A stretch of DNA of 63,754 nt, filler included, from Reclinomonas americana ATCC 50394 (lineage: Eukaryota): NCBI GenBank assembly GCA_048213135.1. It is 4 parts of one record of this genome, joined end to end, with 100 filler letters (N's around TTAATTAATTAA, not from the genome) between each part and the next. Parts side by side here need not be neighbours in the genome. Positions count along the whole stretch, not along the records: positions 49,102 to 63,754 come from PS015036.1; 3 more parts are not named here. One strand, 5' to 3'. Shown piece by piece: positions 63,656 to 63,754 of the stretch (the stretch's first letter is position 1; every line of letters begins with the position of its first letter). The translations under genes were made by a program, and so were the position numbers. The notes beneath the pieces are model-generated. The model was not told the DNA's origin, did no database searches, and saw nothing but the letters and a program-made list of their open reading frames with translations.

Positions 63656-63754
<99 letters not shown>

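Overview
This is GC-rich, intron-dense eukaryotic (probably protist) DNA with many (CA)n/(GA)n microsatellites. It is not one locus: three N-flanked TTAATTAATTAA linkers (12258, 41937, 49046) join four separate scaffolds. Segment 1 holds DNA ligase IV, a short orphan ORF, a Notum/pectin-acetylesterase-family esterase, a hypothetical gene and an atypical homeobox gene. Segment 2 holds an ependymin-like/EGF membrane protein, a prosaposin-like polyprotein with about 11 saposin domains and a ~19 kb gene for a giant type I receptor (bacterial-type cadherin repeats, NHL repeats, Ig-like modules). Segment 3 holds the standout gene, an NLR-like protein built as DZIP3-type HEPN (intact RxxxxH) + NACHT + pentapeptide repeats + WD40, followed by a DUF3228 gene whose halves lie on opposite strands. 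Segment 4 holds an LRR gene fragment, an atypical MAPK (T-Y-P loop), a zinc-ribbon/GH13 fusion, a secreted Ig-repeat/H-type-lectin-like protein and DDX55/Spb4. Across the window many introns use an unusual GTTGCG donor that fits a +1 shifted U1 register. All gene models were spliced by eye and all domain calls come from motif recognition, not database searches.
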